64,000 nucleotides of DNA, from positions 32,001 through 96,000 of IMG/VR virus record IMGVR_UViG_3300047159_000056; one strand, given 5' to 3'. Positions 48,900 through 60,100 of this stretch are shown in pieces. Below the pieces are notes generated by a model that was not told where the DNA came from, ran no database searches, and was given only the letters and a program-made list of their open reading frames with translations. Made by a program: the position numbers and the translations under genes. Source of the DNA: a virus. Its lineage: Duplodnaviria; Caudoviricetes. Every line of letters starts with the position of its first letter. The stretch's first letter is position 1.

Positions 48900-49250
48900 T
48901 TATTTAGTAAAAATTGTAGTTCCACCTAACATGATCTTAGTTAGATTTTTTGTAGTAGGATCAATAACAAAATATAGTTTATTATCAGACGGACTAGTAG
49001 GCTCCGCTTCTACTATTTCTATTCCTGAACAACTAAGAGATTGAACTAAGCCTGATGTATCTAAGCTAATTTTCTTATTTGTTGTTCCACTAGGAGTTTC
49101 TATCTTAATACCATCTCCCTGTATAAGATCACTAGAATCAAATGCATTGGTATATAGATACTCCAGGGCACTCTCTATTTTCCCTAAGTTTGTAGAATTA
49201 ACTGGGGTTTTACTATCTGTCCAAATAGTTTTAGTATATGATTTCTTCAT
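48900..49250 (-). CDS. hypothetical virion/tail protein
   Basis: YTKTIW..TPVNSTNLGKIE motif typical of tail-fibre N-termini. Confidence 0.65.
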   Translation of the reverse strand: MKKSYTKTIWTDSKTPVNSTNLGKIESALEYLYTNAFDSSDLIQGDGIKIETPSGTTNKKISLDTSGLVQSLSCSGIEIVEAEPTSPSDNKLYFVIDPTTKNLTKIMLGGTTIFTK

Positions 49251-49262
49251 TCTTATTTCATT

Positions 49263-49634
49263 TTAAGAAGCTGTAGTCGTAGAATCAACCTCATAACCAC
49301 ATATAGCTTGACCACATAAGAGACAATCACTACATATGGAAGGAGGATACATAAATAAGTCTAAGCCAACTAATTCTAAGTCTTTCCAAACAAAAGGAGT
49401 ATCTATCCCCTCTAAGTATATTGAACTAAAACATTGACCAAACGAATTTATTCTTATCTTTATATCTTTTATTAAGTAAGTCTGCGTTTCATCATAACCA
49501 AACATAGACTTGCTAACAGATAAAGACGATACCTTAACTGACGCTCCTAGTAATTGATAATAATCCCAATTTCCTGCAGGAGAGGTTACAGCTATTCTTC
49601 TATTCTCCATCTTAGTTTTCTTCAAGTAAGTCAA
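49263..49634 (-). CDS. hypothetical protein
   Basis: ORF in operon; C-terminal Cys cluster. Confidence 0.65.
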   Translation of the reverse strand: MTYLKKTKMENRRIAVTSPAGNWDYYQLLGASVKVSSLSVSKSMFGYDETQTYLIKDIKIRINSFGQCFSSIYLEGIDTPFVWKDLELVGLDLFMYPPSICSDCLLCGQAICGYEVDSTTTAS

Positions 49635-50028
49635 AAGCTTTCATGATTTCTGTTGTATCATGCCAGCCAGAATTCTCAACATCACTAATAGCACGTACTA
49701 TCTTTACTGCTACATCTTTCTTACCTAAGTCTATTACTTCATCAGCACCATAACCAGAACTTTTACTAACATATCCTATATAAGCAGTAGTATTATTCTC
49801 ATTATCTGGAGCCCACCTGTTAATAATCTTCCTAATCGTATTACAACCATACTTTTTCTCGTAATTCTGTAATATCTTAATTAGAGCTCTATAACCATAA
49901 ATCATAGACTTAAATTGCTTAAATGACTTATCAGTACTGGAAATCTCTCCCTGGAAATCATCTGGACTATGCCTGATGTTACCTGGGTTATTATTCCTCA
50001 TACCTCTAGTAATTTTATCTTCACTCAT
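49612..50028 (-). CDS. lysozyme-like/virion protein (RNNNPGNIR family)
   Basis: RGMRNNNPGNIR..F..GYRAL..TIRKIINRWAP..ENNT.AY..VE. Confidence 0.8.
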   Translation of the reverse strand: MSEDKITRGMRNNNPGNIRHSPDDFQGEISSTDKSFKQFKSMIYGYRALIKILQNYEKKYGCNTIRKIINRWAPDNENNTTAYIGYVSKSSGYGADEVIDLGKKDVAVKIVRAISDVENSGWHDTTEIMKAFDLLEEN

Positions 50029-50030
50029 AT

Positions 50031-50297
50031 CTATTTATTATTATTCTTCTCTTGATAAACTTTGTCAGCCTTTAAATCCTGTAACTGAATTATTCTACCT
50101 CGAATGTCAATAAGGCTGCTCTTTACCTCTTTAATATCATCATTCCACTTAATAATCATATCATGGTCATTCTTTACCTGAACTTCCAAAACATCTATCC
50201 TTTTATTCAAGTCCGTCCAAGCACCCGCAAATACAATACTTAAAGAAACAAGAGCAGTAATTAAAACATTTCTTAAGCCATTATCCTTATCTCTCAT
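50031..50297 (-). CDS. single-TM coiled-coil protein (holin-like)
   Basis: Probable start MRDKDNG; one TM helix then coiled coil, beside the muralytic gene. Confidence 0.5.
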   Translation of the reverse strand: MRDKDNGLRNVLITALVSLSIVFAGAWTDLNKRIDVLEVQVKNDHDMIIKWNDDIKEVKSSLIDIRGRIIQLQDLKADKVYQEKNNNK

Positions 50298-50301
50298 ATC
50301 A

Positions 50302-50518
50302 TTAGTAAACATTGAACAAACCCTCCCAAGATAGTTGCAATTCACTTCCGATATACCCATCATCATAAGCCAAATCGTGAGCATTACACTCGATTTTAAA
50401 ACAGAGCAAAAAACTCGTGATAAGGAAACCATTCTTCTATAAAGGCTTGAAGTATTTTAGAGCATTACCACTGAAAAACCGCACCTGAACCACATCCGTT
50501 TACGCTATTGTCTGCCAT
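50302..50518 (-). pseudogene. disrupted small gene with NGCG...C.HD.AY.G motif (phage phospholipase-A2-like)
   Basis: MADNSVNGCGS, FPYHEFF and KIECNAHDLAYDDG lie in different frames. Confidence 0.45.
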
Positions 50519-51120
50519 CAGAAAGCGAGTTTATCGGGATAACCTTTAGTAATATCATAACTCTCCACTTCTGCAATAGTTGTGAGCATTTCCACCTCTG
50601 CCTTGTGTTGCATAGTAACGAGATAGCAAGCATCAGCGTATCTCTGTATCTTCGCAAGCATGATTTTTGCAGTATCAAGCGACAAGTTGATAATTCCTGC
50701 GGTTGTCGGAATGCTGATTGTCGTTTCACCCAACAGGCTTGCGCTCTCAATGCTGTTTTTAAACCCTGCTCTAACCTCTGCACTGAACCACAACGGAATA
50801 TTGTTGTACGTAAAACTGTTTACCGCATCGCTGTTGTCGTAATCTGTTATTTCCTTCAACTTCTTTTCGATTGCTTCCGTTAACGAATTATCTACAACAT
50901 CAGTGCTTGTTAGACTTGCGTTATACGTTTCAAGCTGCTTGCGATAATACGTTTCAAGCTGCTTGCGATAATCAGTTGCTTGCGTGTCCGTTATCTCCTT
51001 CCACGTGCTTACATCTACCGTGTCGGGCAAATATAAACAATCTGAAATTACTCTATCTTGTATCGCTACATCCGCACTTTGTGTAAGATAGTAGCCTTCT
51101 TTTGCTTGTAATGTTTTCAT
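50518..51120 (-). CDS. DUF4376-type tail-associated protein (second copy)
   Basis: ITDYDNSDAVNSF..LAKIQRYADACY..YDITKGYPDKL; 24-bp tandem duplication (YRKQLETY x2). Confidence 0.8.
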   Translation of the reverse strand: MKTLQAKEGYYLTQSADVAIQDRVISDCLYLPDTVDVSTWKEITDTQATDYRKQLETYYRKQLETYNASLTSTDVVDNSLTEAIEKKLKEITDYDNSDAVNSFTYNNIPLWFSAEVRAGFKNSIESASLLGETTISIPTTAGIINLSLDTAKIMLAKIQRYADACYLVTMQHKAEVEMLTTIAEVESYDITKGYPDKLAF

Positions 51121-54100
51121 TAAGCTATTGTCCAGTTTTTATTTGTTGCAATTAATTTATCTGCATCAGTCAATAATACCTTAGTCGTAGAAGAAAGAGT
51201 AAGCGTTTGCGCCGTTCCTCCTGTCAAGTCTGCAAGTCCGTTTATTATGACTAATGCGCTTTCTCTTGAAAGTGGAGAAGATGAAAAACTTAAACTAATT
51301 TTAATGCCGCTTATGACTCCTGTTATAGTTGTTAATGCAACGCAATTGTAAAACATATATGACATAGAAGTAACAGCAGACGTGTCAAAGTTTCCGAGGT
51401 CGAGAGTTGTTAATGCAACGCAATTGGAAAACATATATGACATAGTTAGTAACAGCAGACGTGTCAAAGTTTCCGAGGTCGAGAGTTGTTAATGCACGCA
51501 ATTGTGCACATAGAAGTAACAGCAGACGTGTCAAAGTTTCCGAGGTCGAGAGTTGTTAATGCAACGCAATTGTAAAACATATGACATAGAAGTAACAGCA
51601 GACGTGTCAAAGTTTCCGAGGTCGAGAGTTGTTAATGCAACGCAATTGTTAAACATACCTGACATAGAAGTAACAGCAGACGTGTCAAAGTTTCCGAGGT
51701 CGAGAGTTGTTAATGCAGCGCAATTGTAAAACATACCTGACATAGAAGTAACAGCAGACGTGTCAAAGTTTCCGAGGTCGAGAGTTGTTAATGCAGCGCA
51801 ATTGTAAAACATACCTGACATAGAAGTAACAGCAGACGTGTCAAAGTTTCCGAGGTCGAGAGTTGTTAATGCAACGCAATTGTAAAACATATCTGACATA
51901 GAAGTAACAGCAGACGTGTCAAAGTTTCCGAGGTCGAGAGTTGTTAATGCAACGCAATTGCGAAAACATATCTGACATAGAAGTAACAGCAGACGTGTCA
52001 AAGTTTCCGAGGTCGAGAGTTGTTAATGCAACGCAATACTGGAAAACATATCTGACATAGAAGTAACAGCAGACGTGTCCCAGCCGCTAAGGTCAAGTTC
52101 AGTTATTGCAGTTCCATTAAAACAACCATACATGTTCGTAACTGAAGTTGTATCCCACTTTTCTGCATTGACATAAGTTAGATTAGTGTCGTTTTGGAAC
52201 AATCCCCAAATCGATGTTACTCCAGTCAAGGAAGGCATCGAATATATTTCTTCAATTTCCGTATCTCCCGCTAATGCAGATTTCCAGATAGCTCCAGAAG
52301 GTATATTCGATTTCTTAACTATCGTTCCATCCGTTTTTTTATAGATTAAATTCGTAAATCCGTCAAAACACTTGTATATGTCTGAAACATTTACGCTTGC
52401 ATTTGCTATTGCATCCGTTACCGCCTTTTGGCTCATCACATCCGTTGTACTCGTACCTGTAACCTGCACGACTGCTGCCGATGAAGTCGCTTGCTTAGAA
52501 GCAACACCGAGGTCAGTCCACGTTGTTCCTCCATCGGTTGATAACATCCAATTAAAGGTCGTGGTATCTATCTTTAATTGTGGAACAGTTGATGTTGTTC
52601 CTACACTAATTGAATTAATAGAATTAGTTTGTAAAGCAGTTATATTATCAGCATTTGTTTTTTCAGCTGCTTTAGCCCTAGTTACCTCACTATCTATATT
52701 TGTTTGTAGAGTAGTTTCTGCTGCTTTTGCTCTAGTAGTTTCTGTACTAATAGCTGTTGCATTTGCTACAATTAGTTTATTTAGGCTATATGCTTCATTA
52801 TCTGTAGTGATCCAACTTCCTGCTGCATGTGCTACGGTAAATCTTCTTAATGATTCGCTATAAATAACTATAGTACCAGCAGTATAAGCGGTAGATGCAG
52901 AGAATGTAGGATATTCAGTTACTCCAGTATTAGTATTTAATCTAGTAATATTAGTAGTGTTTGTGCTTATATTAGTAGTATTAGTTGCTATATTGGATTT
53001 AATAGTAGTATCGTTATAATTAGTTACGCTGGCTAATCTTGTTATTTCTGTATCGCTTATTAAAGATTTTCCAGTTACTTTATCTACTTTAGTTGCTTCT
53101 ATGGTTGTTGCTCTAGTTATTTCATCAGATATACTTTTTTTAACTGCTGTATCGTCATAGTTTGTTACGGTAGAGAGTCTAGCTATTTCTGAAGCTGATA
53201 TTTTTCTATCTACTCTATCTAGTCCTTGATTTATTTCATTCAAGGATTTAGATACAACATCTTCATTTTCTTTTACAGTTTTGCTAAGATCTCCTACTGT
53301 TACTGCTACAACTTTTTCATCGCTTTCTAGATCTGTATTATTTGCTTTTAGGTCTAGGGCTGTTTGTTGTGGTCCTGATACTGGTTTATTTAGGTCACTA
53401 GTATTATCAACCTGAGCTAGTCCTATATCTCCTTTTGTTAGAGTTATATTACTAGATAGTGGTATGGAATTAATAGTAGTTGTCTTATCTACTTTTTTAT
53501 CAAGTGCTGTCTGTTGTGGCCCAGATACTGGTAATGTAGTTGCTGTATAAGAAGCATAGCTACCAAGTCCAACCTGTGCTGCTGTTACACTATGAGGATT
53601 ATCTGTCCTGCTAGTATGTGCGCTAAGGTTATTAGTAATAGTAGTTGCGGTAGGAAGGCCAGCTAATTTTGTTATATCGGAATCAGGTACTAAGGAATAG
53701 CCAGTTTTTTTATCTACCTTTGTATTTAGGGCAGTTTGTGTAGCTGTTGATATTGGTTTACTAATATCGCTAGTATTATCTACATTTCCCAGTCCTATAT
53801 CACTTTTGGTTAAGCTAATATCAGAGCCGAGATCATAGCCATTAATTTTAGTATTATTTGTGGCCATTGTAGCTCTAATATTATTTAGGGCTCCTGCAGA
53901 TGTTTGTTCTAGTTCTTTTAGGCCATCCTTTATTTCTCCTGTTATTTGGGCGATTGATTTTTCGTCTTCCCCCAGATTATTTAGGATATCTGTATCAGCT
54001 TTTTCTAGTTCTGTTTTTACTTTTCCCAGGTTTTCTGTTGTACCTGATTCTAGTTCTTTAAATTTATTTGCTACTGCTTTATTTTGTATAGAATTTTCAG

Positions 54101-54335
54101 AGGATTCGTCTAGCTCGGTGTCTACTAATGTCGCCCATAGACCTGTAGTAGTATTAGGGGTATTGGAAGAGGAGAATATGTATCTAGTTTTTGTCTCAGA
54201 GCAGTAGGATATGTGCCCTTCATCGAGACTAGTGCTAGGATAATTTTTCATTTCTTCCAGTGTAGCAAAGGAATCTCTATTAAAGTTCGATTGTTTTCCC
54301 TGATAGTCAAAGTTATCACCTATTTTTAAAGCCAT
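51120..54335 (-). CDS. tail fibre/adhesin with C-terminal BspA/DUF285-type repeats; frame broken within repeats
   Basis: VDNTSD..KP.S...Q.ALD.K fibre repeats, then 26-aa repeats and an ATNKNWTI end; ORFs 52023, 51531 and 51120 join. Confidence 0.8.
51327..52079 (-). repeat. 10 tandem 78-bp repeats (LTTLDLGNFDTSAVTSMSxMFxNCxA)
   Basis: Invariant core agtaacagcagacgtgtcaaagtttccgaggtcgagagttgttaatgc; period 78 (51706 to 51784). Confidence 0.95.
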
Positions 54336-54338
54336 ATT

Positions 54339-55271
54339 TTATGAATAAGTTTGTTTAAATCCTGTTATAGTAGTTGGTTTAGTTAGAGTATATACATTAT
54401 AGGTTATTCCTCCTATACTAAGAGTGCTCATGGTATAAGAGTTTATATATTCAAAGTTATTTCCATCTTTTATAGAACTAAGTGAGCCAAAGTAGGAAGG
54501 ATAAGCGAAGCATGTTTTTTGATTAGTCATACTTATATTATCCCAACCAAATGATTTACTTCCTCCTAGTCTTTGTGTAAAGTTTCCTGTTATTAAGGTT
54601 GCACTTGGTACTACACCGTCATCTACTATACCATAATAAGATGGGTCAACTACATTAACTGTACAACTGGAGCTACTAGTTAGTCCTTGATATACAGCGC
54701 TCATTGTGTAGGATTTACTAGTATGAGCTGATTCACTAAGAGTAATTGTTGTTCCTATTTCAGTTGTTGTAGATCCGTTAAAGACTATAGTAGCTGAAGA
54801 AGTAACATCAGTACCTTTTCTATAAGCATGCCAAGTAAATATGACATTGCTACTAGTTTTTGTTTGTATTAGATATGTACTTGCTGATAGTGAAGTAGTT
54901 AGTGGGAAGAGTTGGTGTTGTAGTTCTAGGATTATGCTAGAGTCTATTTCTCTCCATCCCAAGATATTAGTAAATTCATAACCACCACCAAAGTATTCCC
55001 ATTCTTCATAATTACCAGAGCTATCAGTAAATTCGACTATAACTCCAAGTATTTTTTGGGAATCACTAAGTTTACCACCTAGTGTAGTTATAGCTGTATC
55101 TAGTGTATATGAATTACCAGATTTTAGGGGCCAAAGAACTGTTGCATTATATTTACCGAACAGCTTAGTAATAGTTGTACCAGTTTGTTCGTGTAGGATA
55201 GCATCTGTTACTGTAGCTGGCACAAAGTTTTTCCCTTCTTCTGATAGTATTCTTATTTCTTTTTTACTCAT
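54339..55271 (-). CDS. putative virion structural protein
   Basis: T/S-rich beta-type protein; C-terminal domain similar to 55884..57104. Confidence 0.7.
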   Translation of the reverse strand: MSKKEIRILSEEGKNFVPATVTDAILHEQTGTTITKLFGKYNATVLWPLKSGNSYTLDTAITTLGGKLSDSQKILGVIVEFTDSSGNYEEWEYFGGGYEFTNILGWREIDSSIILELQHQLFPLTTSLSASTYLIQTKTSSNVIFTWHAYRKGTDVTSSATIVFNGSTTTEIGTTITLSESAHTSKSYTMSAVYQGLTSSSSCTVNVVDPSYYGIVDDGVVPSATLITGNFTQRLGGSKSFGWDNISMTNQKTCFAYPSYFGSLSSIKDGNNFEYINSYTMSTLSIGGITYNVYTLTKPTTITGFKQTYS

Positions 55272-55274
55272 ATA

Positions 55275-55877
55275 TTATTTATTTATTCCAAAATAATCAC
55301 ATATGCCTTTTATAATAATCTCTGATAGTGTATCTTTTCCTTGATCGCTTAGAAGATATTTTACGTCTTCCAGGTTATCTTGGAATAGATTTTCTACAAG
55401 AACAGCTGGCATTGATGTTTTTGTTAGGACTGTAAAATTATCTACCCAGTAAGAGTGTTCTGGATCAGGTTTTCTTACTTTCATATGTTCTAGTCCTGCT
55501 TCTGTTGCTAGGAGTGAAGCTAATCTTTTAGAATTTCCGCTACATGTAGGAGATACAAATACTGACCAACCTCTTGCGCTCATCCATTTACCTTCATTTC
55601 CAGCTGCATTTACGTGAATAGATATGAATATAGATTTTTCCTTTGGATATTTTTTAGAGAATGCATTAGCTCTTTTACATCTATTAGTTAGTCCTACTTC
55701 TGGTCCTTCATCTTCTTCTGGTCCTGTAGTTCTAGTATGTCGTATATTAAGTTCATCTAATTTTTCCTCTAAGATTTCTGTTAATTCTCTTGCCCATCTG
55801 TATTCTCTTAATCTACCGTCTGGGCTTCTCTTACCAGGGACTTCTCCATTATGTCCTGGATCTAATATTACAATCAT
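55275..55877 (-). CDS. N-acetylmuramoyl-L-alanine amidase (Amidase_3), endolysin
   Basis: ILDPGH..GKRSPDG.LRE, LTNRCKRAN, FISIHVNAAG, MPAVLVENLF. Confidence 0.92.
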   Translation of the reverse strand: MIVILDPGHNGEVPGKRSPDGRLREYRWARELTEILEEKLDELNIRHTRTTGPEEDEGPEVGLTNRCKRANAFSKKYPKEKSIFISIHVNAAGNEGKWMSARGWSVFVSPTCSGNSKRLASLLATEAGLEHMKVRKPDPEHSYWVDNFTVLTKTSMPAVLVENLFQDNLEDVKYLLSDQGKDTLSEIIIKGICDYFGINK

Positions 55878-55883
55878 ATAAGT

Positions 55884-57104
55884 TTATTTAATTTCAATAT
55901 TAATAGGATTACCAGTTTGAATATAGGTAGTTCTAAATAATTTATAGTCTAAGATGATTCCTCTATTATTTTCTAGAGTAACATCACTAATTACAAAGTC
56001 AGAGTTTAGGTTTTTGCTTACATATGTTTTATAGCTACTATTATAGAGTTCCTTAGGTATTAGGATATAAGGATATTTACCACCACTACAATCAAATGCA
56101 GTATCACTAAGTCCTCCTGATTCTGTAAAACTATTAGAGAATCCAGTTAAGTCATTTTGGGTAATTAATTTCTTTTCACCAAAGCTAAGATCACCAGTTC
56201 CTGCATAGTATTTATAAGCAAATTTAAAAGTAACCGAACCACTAACTTTATTCACATCATCTATCCAAGAAGTAACATCATAAGTATAGCTAGCTCTTGT
56301 AGTTGAATGTATAATTTCTTTTGACATCCAGCTAAGAAAATCACTACTAATTACTCCTTTTGTTGGTCCTTCTACTGTAGATTTTATAACGTCTGACTTA
56401 TTATTTTCTGTTCCTTTTATTACGCTCCAGATAACAGATGAGCCAGATAGTGTCCAGGTAACAAGAGGTTTTACTACTTTCCAGCTTATTTTAGGAAGTA
56501 CATATCCTCCTATTTCCTGCCAATAAGTAGAACCAGTTCCAGAAGTATTATAAGGAAGATTAGCAGCAACAAGTTTATATAGTTCATTCCACTTATCTAT
56601 ATCAGTTTTATCCAGCGTTCCATCACTGTCTATATCTAAGTTTTCGTCATAAATTTTGCTTTCAACGTCAAATGCTGCTTTATCTACTGTATTTTGTCTA
56701 TCTGTTTCTGCTGTAGCTGCATCTGTATAGGCTGAACCTGCTACTAGTCCTGATATAGAGGAAGGGTGAACTGTATTTTCTGTAGACTTTACATAATCTT
56801 TAAGGGCATTTATATCTACTCCTACTTGATCAGATAAGTCTCTAAGGGCTGCAACTGATACTGCTCTACTATCGTCTGTTGTATCTTCTAGACTTTCTGT
56901 TACTCTAGGTATCCAATGTCCAGTATCATCTAGATTTTTTTCTGAATCATAGTAGTACCAGGTACCAGAGAGACAAATTTCAAAAGACTTAGGAACAGGT
57001 GTAGTCCAATTTTTTAATTCTTCTTTAGACTTAGCTATTCCCTGTCTACCATCTAGGAAATCTTCAGCTTTATAAGAAAAATTTGTTCCAATGTATGTTG
57101 ACAT
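55884..57104 (-). CDS. putative virion structural protein
   Basis: N-terminal IGTNFSY domain like that of the 54335 fibre; EF-hand/dockerin-like DIDSDGTLDKTD. Confidence 0.7.
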   Translation of the reverse strand: MSTYIGTNFSYKAEDFLDGRQGIAKSKEELKNWTTPVPKSFEICLSGTWYYYDSEKNLDDTGHWIPRVTESLEDTTDDSRAVSVAALRDLSDQVGVDINALKDYVKSTENTVHPSSISGLVAGSAYTDAATAETDRQNTVDKAAFDVESKIYDENLDIDSDGTLDKTDIDKWNELYKLVAANLPYNTSGTGSTYWQEIGGYVLPKISWKVVKPLVTWTLSGSSVIWSVIKGTENNKSDVIKSTVEGPTKGVISSDFLSWMSKEIIHSTTRASYTYDVTSWIDDVNKVSGSVTFKFAYKYYAGTGDLSFGEKKLITQNDLTGFSNSFTESGGLSDTAFDCSGGKYPYILIPKELYNSSYKTYVSKNLNSDFVISDVTLENNRGIILDYKLFRTTYIQTGNPINIEIK

Positions 57105-57191
57105 ATATTTTTATTTAGTTTAATATATATCTCTGTCTCTCCCCATTCTCTTTATATATTGGAGAAGAAAGAGAGACAGAAATACTAAAGA

Positions 57192-60100
57192 TTAAGTGTT
57201 AACTGTAAGTACTTTGATACCATCCTTAATAGTCTTGTAAGCTGCAATACTAGCTTCTGTACTTCCTTCAATCATGGCAGAAGTAATAGTCATAGTAGCA
57301 GAATTTCCAAAACTTATTATATTAGCCTTCGAGAAATCAGAACCACTTGCTGCTGGTGGGAATATACCATAACTAGATATTGTTCCATTATATGTATTCC
57401 AGATATACAGTGAGTTATCATCTTTCAGGGCATTTTGTAGAGAGAAGCCAGATCTAAAGTAGTTGCCATAATATACGTTAGTATAGTAAGCATTAAACAT
57501 AGAATCTACTCTAAGGCCAGAATAGTAAGCCATATCCATACCTTCACTTCCGCTATAGACTGGTGCCTCTGTTGTACCACTAACGATAGGAGTATACATG
57601 ATATTATGATGTAGCTTCAAGGAATTGTTATTAGTATAGTTATAGCCAGTCCAAGAATTAGAAGGTGTACTATTCTTAAACAGGTGGGCGCTCTTAGGTA
57701 TTGAACCAGATAAGAGCAAGTAATAATCATTGTGAGTTACTTTTAATCCTGAAACGTCTGTAACAGGAATAGGAGGTAAGATCAAATGAAAATTAAATGC
57801 CTGATTAAGAGATGTGCAACTAGTAAAGCCAACTGGGATATAGTAATAAACATTAGCTACATCTGTTACACCTGTTGAGCTATCTGTAGTAGAAGTTTGC
57901 CAATAATATCTAGGAAGGATATTTAGTCCATAGAAGGTATTATAAGGATTAACTGTTTTACAAGCTTTCAATAGATGTTCTGGCATTACTCCTTCTAGAG
58001 GTTTATCACTAGATGTAGAGAAGCAGTGACTTATATCGCAACTACTAGAGCAACCATAGAATATATCAGGCGGTGCAAATAGATAAGCATTACTAACAGT
58101 AGCAGTAGTAACAGAAAAGTTATTATATGTTACATTGCCACTCTGTATACTAGCTATATAGTCTGTTTTCTTAGTAACTCCATCATAATCTGTCCAGTTA
58201 AGATCATCTAGTTCAGAATTTTCATCATCTTTTGCAATAACTCCGCTCTCATAGAAATAATAACCAGTATCATCTTTCTTCAAGATATAGTACTTAGTTG
58301 TTCTATCTGTATAAGTAGCTGAGCCATCGTCAAGTTTGATAAAGTTTCTATTAGGTCTTTCTGAAACTTCCGTTGGTGGTATGAAGCATCTAGGTCCGCT
58401 TTCTCCATCATCCCAAGAAGTATTAGCAAAGCAACCATTCAAGCTAGTTATGGTATTTGTATATGAATACTTTGTCAGGGTTCCTTTTTTGAATGATGCA
58501 GCCACAGTTGAATCACTCTGATAAAATTTGGTTAATGTACTAGAGAGGGCTACATTATTAGTATTAACATAGACATCTGTAGTAATATTAGCTTGTCTCT
58601 TCTTAAAGAAATCATAAGTCAGTGTATTCTTTATATACATCCCATTAAACATATCAGGTGCATATGTTACTTTTGGAAGAGAAGCAAATATATTACCGAG
58701 TTTTACATAGAGATTAGTAGCTTCTTTACTTGATATAATACTAGCAACTGTATGAGTATCATCTATTGAACTATCTATCTTAGCTACTTTGAAATTGTAG
58801 AACATAGCTCCTGTACTAGTAACGCTATAATTTATCTTACCATCGGGGAAATTTATTACAGCTTTATTAGAATCAGTAGTATAGTATGTACAATTACTAA
58901 ACATGTTAGAGAAACTTGTTAACTTACAGTCTGTATTATTAACGTTAAACAAGATATTATAGAATAGATCCAGGTCGCCATCAATTAAGTATTTGCTAAA
59001 AGGTAGACCATTGTAGGATCTATCATTATTATCAATTAAGGTTGAAGTTGATCCGGCATTCTTAATAAATTGTGGCCAGTTAATAAATGTCCAGAGTCTA
59101 ATTGGATTATCAGTTGTATCTATATTGAAGGATGCTCTAATAGACTTTATTGTTGTACCTGAAGTCAAGCTATATAGGAGACCATCAAATGCAATTACTC
59201 CTGTGTATTTCCTATTCCACAAAAATCCGTAGATAGATGTTAAGGAAGGCCAATTAGTAGTAGCATTATCGAAAGCTCCTGTAAAGTCTATAGTAGTATT
59301 AGATGAACTGAATCCTAGATATTGTAAGCTAGTTACTTTCAATGGATGTTTACCACCTGGATGAAAGAAGTCAGATAATTTTACTGTACTTAGGGCATTA
59401 CAACTAGAATCAACTACTTTTAGAACACCATACCAACCATATCCATTCCACCACCATTCGCTATTCCAGATTACATTTATCTTTTCGATAATATTTTTCA
59501 TAATATCGATTGGAGTAGATATTTCCTGATAGTTTCTTGGATTCACATAACCTGTTATATCTATGGCGCTTGAATTACTACCAAAGCTAAACATATTATA
59601 GTGAAGGGCTGTTATCTGATTACCTGCAAAACATCTAGTTACATTGGTTACATTAGTGAATCCTGACATATCCAAATATAGTTTTGTAGATCCAGCCAAG
59701 TCACTCTTTAGGTTAGTTTCACTATATGCAATTCCCTGATTTAGGAACATATTAGAGACATTTGTTATCTTGCTTCTTGTAATTCCTTTTATATCTCCGG
59801 AGTTTCCTCCCCATATACTATCAGTGTTTATGAATTGTTTTGCTGCGGCTAATCCTATTGATCCTGTAAAACCATTAGTAATTGCAAACAAGCTAGCTAC
59901 GGATGTTGTAGTCTGAGGTACATAGAGTGGTGTTAAATATACTCCACCGGTTCCACTATTAGTACCAGATTGAGAGCATAGTGTATAGCTTCTGTCATCT
60001 GTAAAAATATTGGTTCCTTTTACATTTAACTGATTACCACCTATATAAGCTAGAGCAATATCTTGATAGAATGCATAATCAGGAAGATCTATTTCTCCAC

